Source: Halobacteriaceae archaeon
Lineage (GTDB): Archaea > Halobacteriota > Halobacteria > Halobacteriales > Halobacteriaceae
Direction: 5' to 3'
Assembly (NCBI GenBank): GCA_042216675.1
Contig: JBDGTS010000055.1
Location: 1 to 39,032, forward strand
DNA: 39,032 nucleotides
Part shown: positions 37,327 to 39,032 of the stretch, one piece after another
How positions within the stretch are numbered: position 1 is the stretch's first letter
How the letters are laid out: every line of letters starts with the position of its first letter
The notes under the pieces: generated by a model
Told to the model about the DNA's origin: nothing
What the model saw: the letters and a program-made list of their open reading frames with translations, nothing else
The model's database searches: none
Translations under genes and position numbers: made by a program

Positions 37327-37342
37327 TTTAGGTTCGCCTAAA
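37327..37342. promoter_or_regulatory. DtxR/IdeR-family-like operator palindrome
   Basis: TTTAGG-TTCG-CCTAAA with perfect 6-bp arms; resembles the DtxR consensus core TTAGGTTAGCCTAA. Confidence 0.55.
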
Positions 37343-37388
37343 CAGTCGGTATCGAACCGTTGAAGCGGATTCGGGTCCGGGTGCCCAC

Positions 37389-38024
37389 ATGGACATCGTC
37401 GCCTTCGACTTCGACGGGACGCTCTCGGACTCCGAGATGACGGTCCTGCTGGGCGAACAGTACGGCGTCGCCGACCAGATGGCGGACATCACGGAGCGCG
37501 CGATGAAGGACGAGATCGACTACGCGACCAGTCTCCGGGAGCGAGCGGCGCTGTTGGAGGACCTTCCGGACGCTCGCGCACAGGCCGCCTTCGAGCAGGT
37601 GTACCTCCGGCAAGGCGCGGCCGCGGTCATCGAGCGTCTCAACGACGCCGGCGTGTTCACGGCCGTCCTCACCGGCGGCTTCCACCGCGGCGTCGAGGCG
37701 GCGCTTGCCCGGGAGAACGTGAGCGTCGACACCGTCATCGCCAACAGCCTCCCCGTCGAGGACGACCACCTCACGGGCGAGGTGGAGGGTCCCCTCATCG
37801 AGGGCACCAAAGACGAGGCGCTGGAGACGCTGGCGATGGACGAGGGCGTGGGCCTCGACGCGACTGTGGCCGTCGGCGACGGCGCGAACGACCTGCCGAT
37901 GTTGAAGGTTGCGGGCCTCTCAGTCGGCTTCGAGCCGAAGCCGGCGGTTCGGCCCCACTGCGACGTGGTGGTGGCGACGATGGACCGCCTCGCCCGCGTG
38001 TTCGAGGAGCGCGGCGTCCTGTGA
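37389..38024 (+). CDS. serB: Phosphoserine phosphatase
   Basis: HAD motif DFDGT, TGGF, GDGANDLPM; neighbour of serA. Confidence 0.94.
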   Translation: MDIVAFDFDGTLSDSEMTVLLGEQYGVADQMADITERAMKDEIDYATSLRERAALLEDLPDARAQAAFEQVYLRQGAAAVIERLNDAGVFTAVLTGGFHRGVEAALARENVSVDTVIANSLPVEDDHLTGEVEGPLIEGTKDEALETLAMDEGVGLDATVAVGDGANDLPMLKVAGLSVGFEPKPAVRPHCDVVVATMDRLARVFEERGVL

Positions 38025-39032
38025 CTACTCCGTCGCGGCCGAAATCGCCTGCTCCACGTCGTCGATGATGTCGGCGGGGTCCTCGATGCCCACCGAGAGC
38101 CGCACCATGTCGGGCGTGACGCCGGCTTTCTCCTGTTCTTCCGCCGTGAGTTGCTGGTGGGTCGTGGACGCGGGATGGATGACCAGCGTCTTCGCGTCGC
38201 CGACGTTGGCGAGCATCGACGCGAGGTCCATCTCCTCGGCCGTCGCCCGGGCGTCGTCGTAGCCGCCCTCGAGCCCGAAGGTTATCATGCCGCCGTAGCC
38301 GCCGTCGAGGTACTCGCTGGCGTTGTCGTGGGTCGGGTGGTCCTCCAGTCCGGGGTAGTTGACCCACGCCACCTCGTCGTGGGCGTCGAGGTACTCGGCG
38401 ACGAGCATCGCGTTCTCGCAGTGGCGCTCCATCCGCAGGGGAAGGGTTTCGAGGCCCTGCAGGGTCTGCCACGCGTCGAAGGGCGCCTGCGCGGAGCCGA
38501 GGTCACGAAGCCCCCGCGCGATGGCGGCGTAGGTGAACGCGGCGTCGCCGAATCGCTCGCTGAAGTTGACGCCGTGGTACGCGGGGTTGTCGGCGGCCAT
38601 CTCGGGGTACTTCTCGGGGTACTCCGTCCACGGGAACGTGCCGCCGTCGACGACGACGCCGCCGATGGTGGTGCCCGACCCGTGAATCCACTTCGTCGTG
38701 GAGTTCCACACGAGGTCCGCCCCGTGCTCGATGGGGTTGCAGAGCGCCGGGGTCGCGAACGTGTTGTCCACGAACAGAGGGACGCCGTTGTCGTGGGCGA
38801 TGTCCGCCACGCGCTCGATGTCCGGCGTGACGAGCGCCGGGTTGCCGATGGTTTCGAGGTGGACGTAGGCCGTGTCCTCGTCGATGGCCGCCTCGTACGC
38901 CTCGTAGTCGAGGGTGTCCACGAACGTCGTCTCGATGCCGCGGCGCTCGACGGTGTGCGTGAAGTAGGTGTAGGTGCCGCCGTACAGCGCCGAGGCGGTG
39001 ACGATGTTGTCGCCCGCCTCCGCGAGGAGGAA
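38025..39032 (-). CDS. metY: O-acetylhomoserine/O-acetylserine sulfhydrylase (5' part outside the window)
   Basis: ETIGNP, DNTFATP, STTKWIHGSG, ANVGDAKTLVIHPASTTH, RLSVGIED; frame stays open to the window end. Confidence 0.92.
   Translation of the reverse strand, partial: FLLAEAGDNIVTASALYGGTYTYFTHTVERRGIETTFVDTLDYEAYEAAIDEDTAYVHLETIGNPALVTPDIERVADIAHDNGVPLFVDNTFATPALCNPIEHGADLVWNSTTKWIHGSGTTIGGVVVDGGTFPWTEYPEKYPEMAADNPAYHGVNFSERFGDAAFTYAAIARGLRDLGSAQAPFDAWQTLQGLETLPLRMERHCENAMLVAEYLDAHDEVAWVNYPGLEDHPTHDNASEYLDGGYGGMITFGLEGGYDDARATAEEMDLASMLANVGDAKTLVIHPASTTHQQLTAEEQEKAGVTPDMVRLSVGIEDPADIIDDVEQAISAATE

Noticed and set aside
77-38921. Many long overlapping or antisense ORFs (e.g. 11853-14018, 24670-26310, 29831-31573, 35661-37307)
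   Set aside because: Shadow frames expected in high-GC DNA with strong codon bias; each overlaps a well-supported gene and has no recognisable motifs.

Overview
A GC-rich haloarchaeal chromosomal segment (acidic proteins, mostly leaderless genes with TATA-like boxes ~25-30 bp upstream), largely housekeeping. It contains the 3' end of radA, sufU/sufS, the rpl39e-rpl31e-eIF6-pfdA-ftsY...srp54 cluster (no rplX/L18Ae gene), an intron-containing tRNA-Arg(UCU), an XPD/Rad3 helicase, a complete LysW(ArgW)-dependent arginine operon (argG-H-W-X-C-B-D-E-F), and thrC, serA, serB and metY. No transposase, integrase or CRISPR array was seen. The most interesting signals are mostly outside the supplied ORF track: (1) a leaderless 28-codon uORF with four consecutive Arg codons and a hairpin over its stop, directly upstream of argG (attenuator-like leader); (2) tandem re-duplications of the tRNA-Arg 3' end separated by palindromic units made of GCGAAGC/tandem-GA hairpins and inverted T-arm copies; (3) a DtxR-type palindrome over an orphan promoter that precedes a ~140-nt structured non-coding stretch between serA and serB (candidate metal-regulated sRNA); (4) a cytoplasmic histidine kinase with a C-terminal lectin-like beta-sandwich. 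All family assignments come from motif recognition by eye; no database searches were run.
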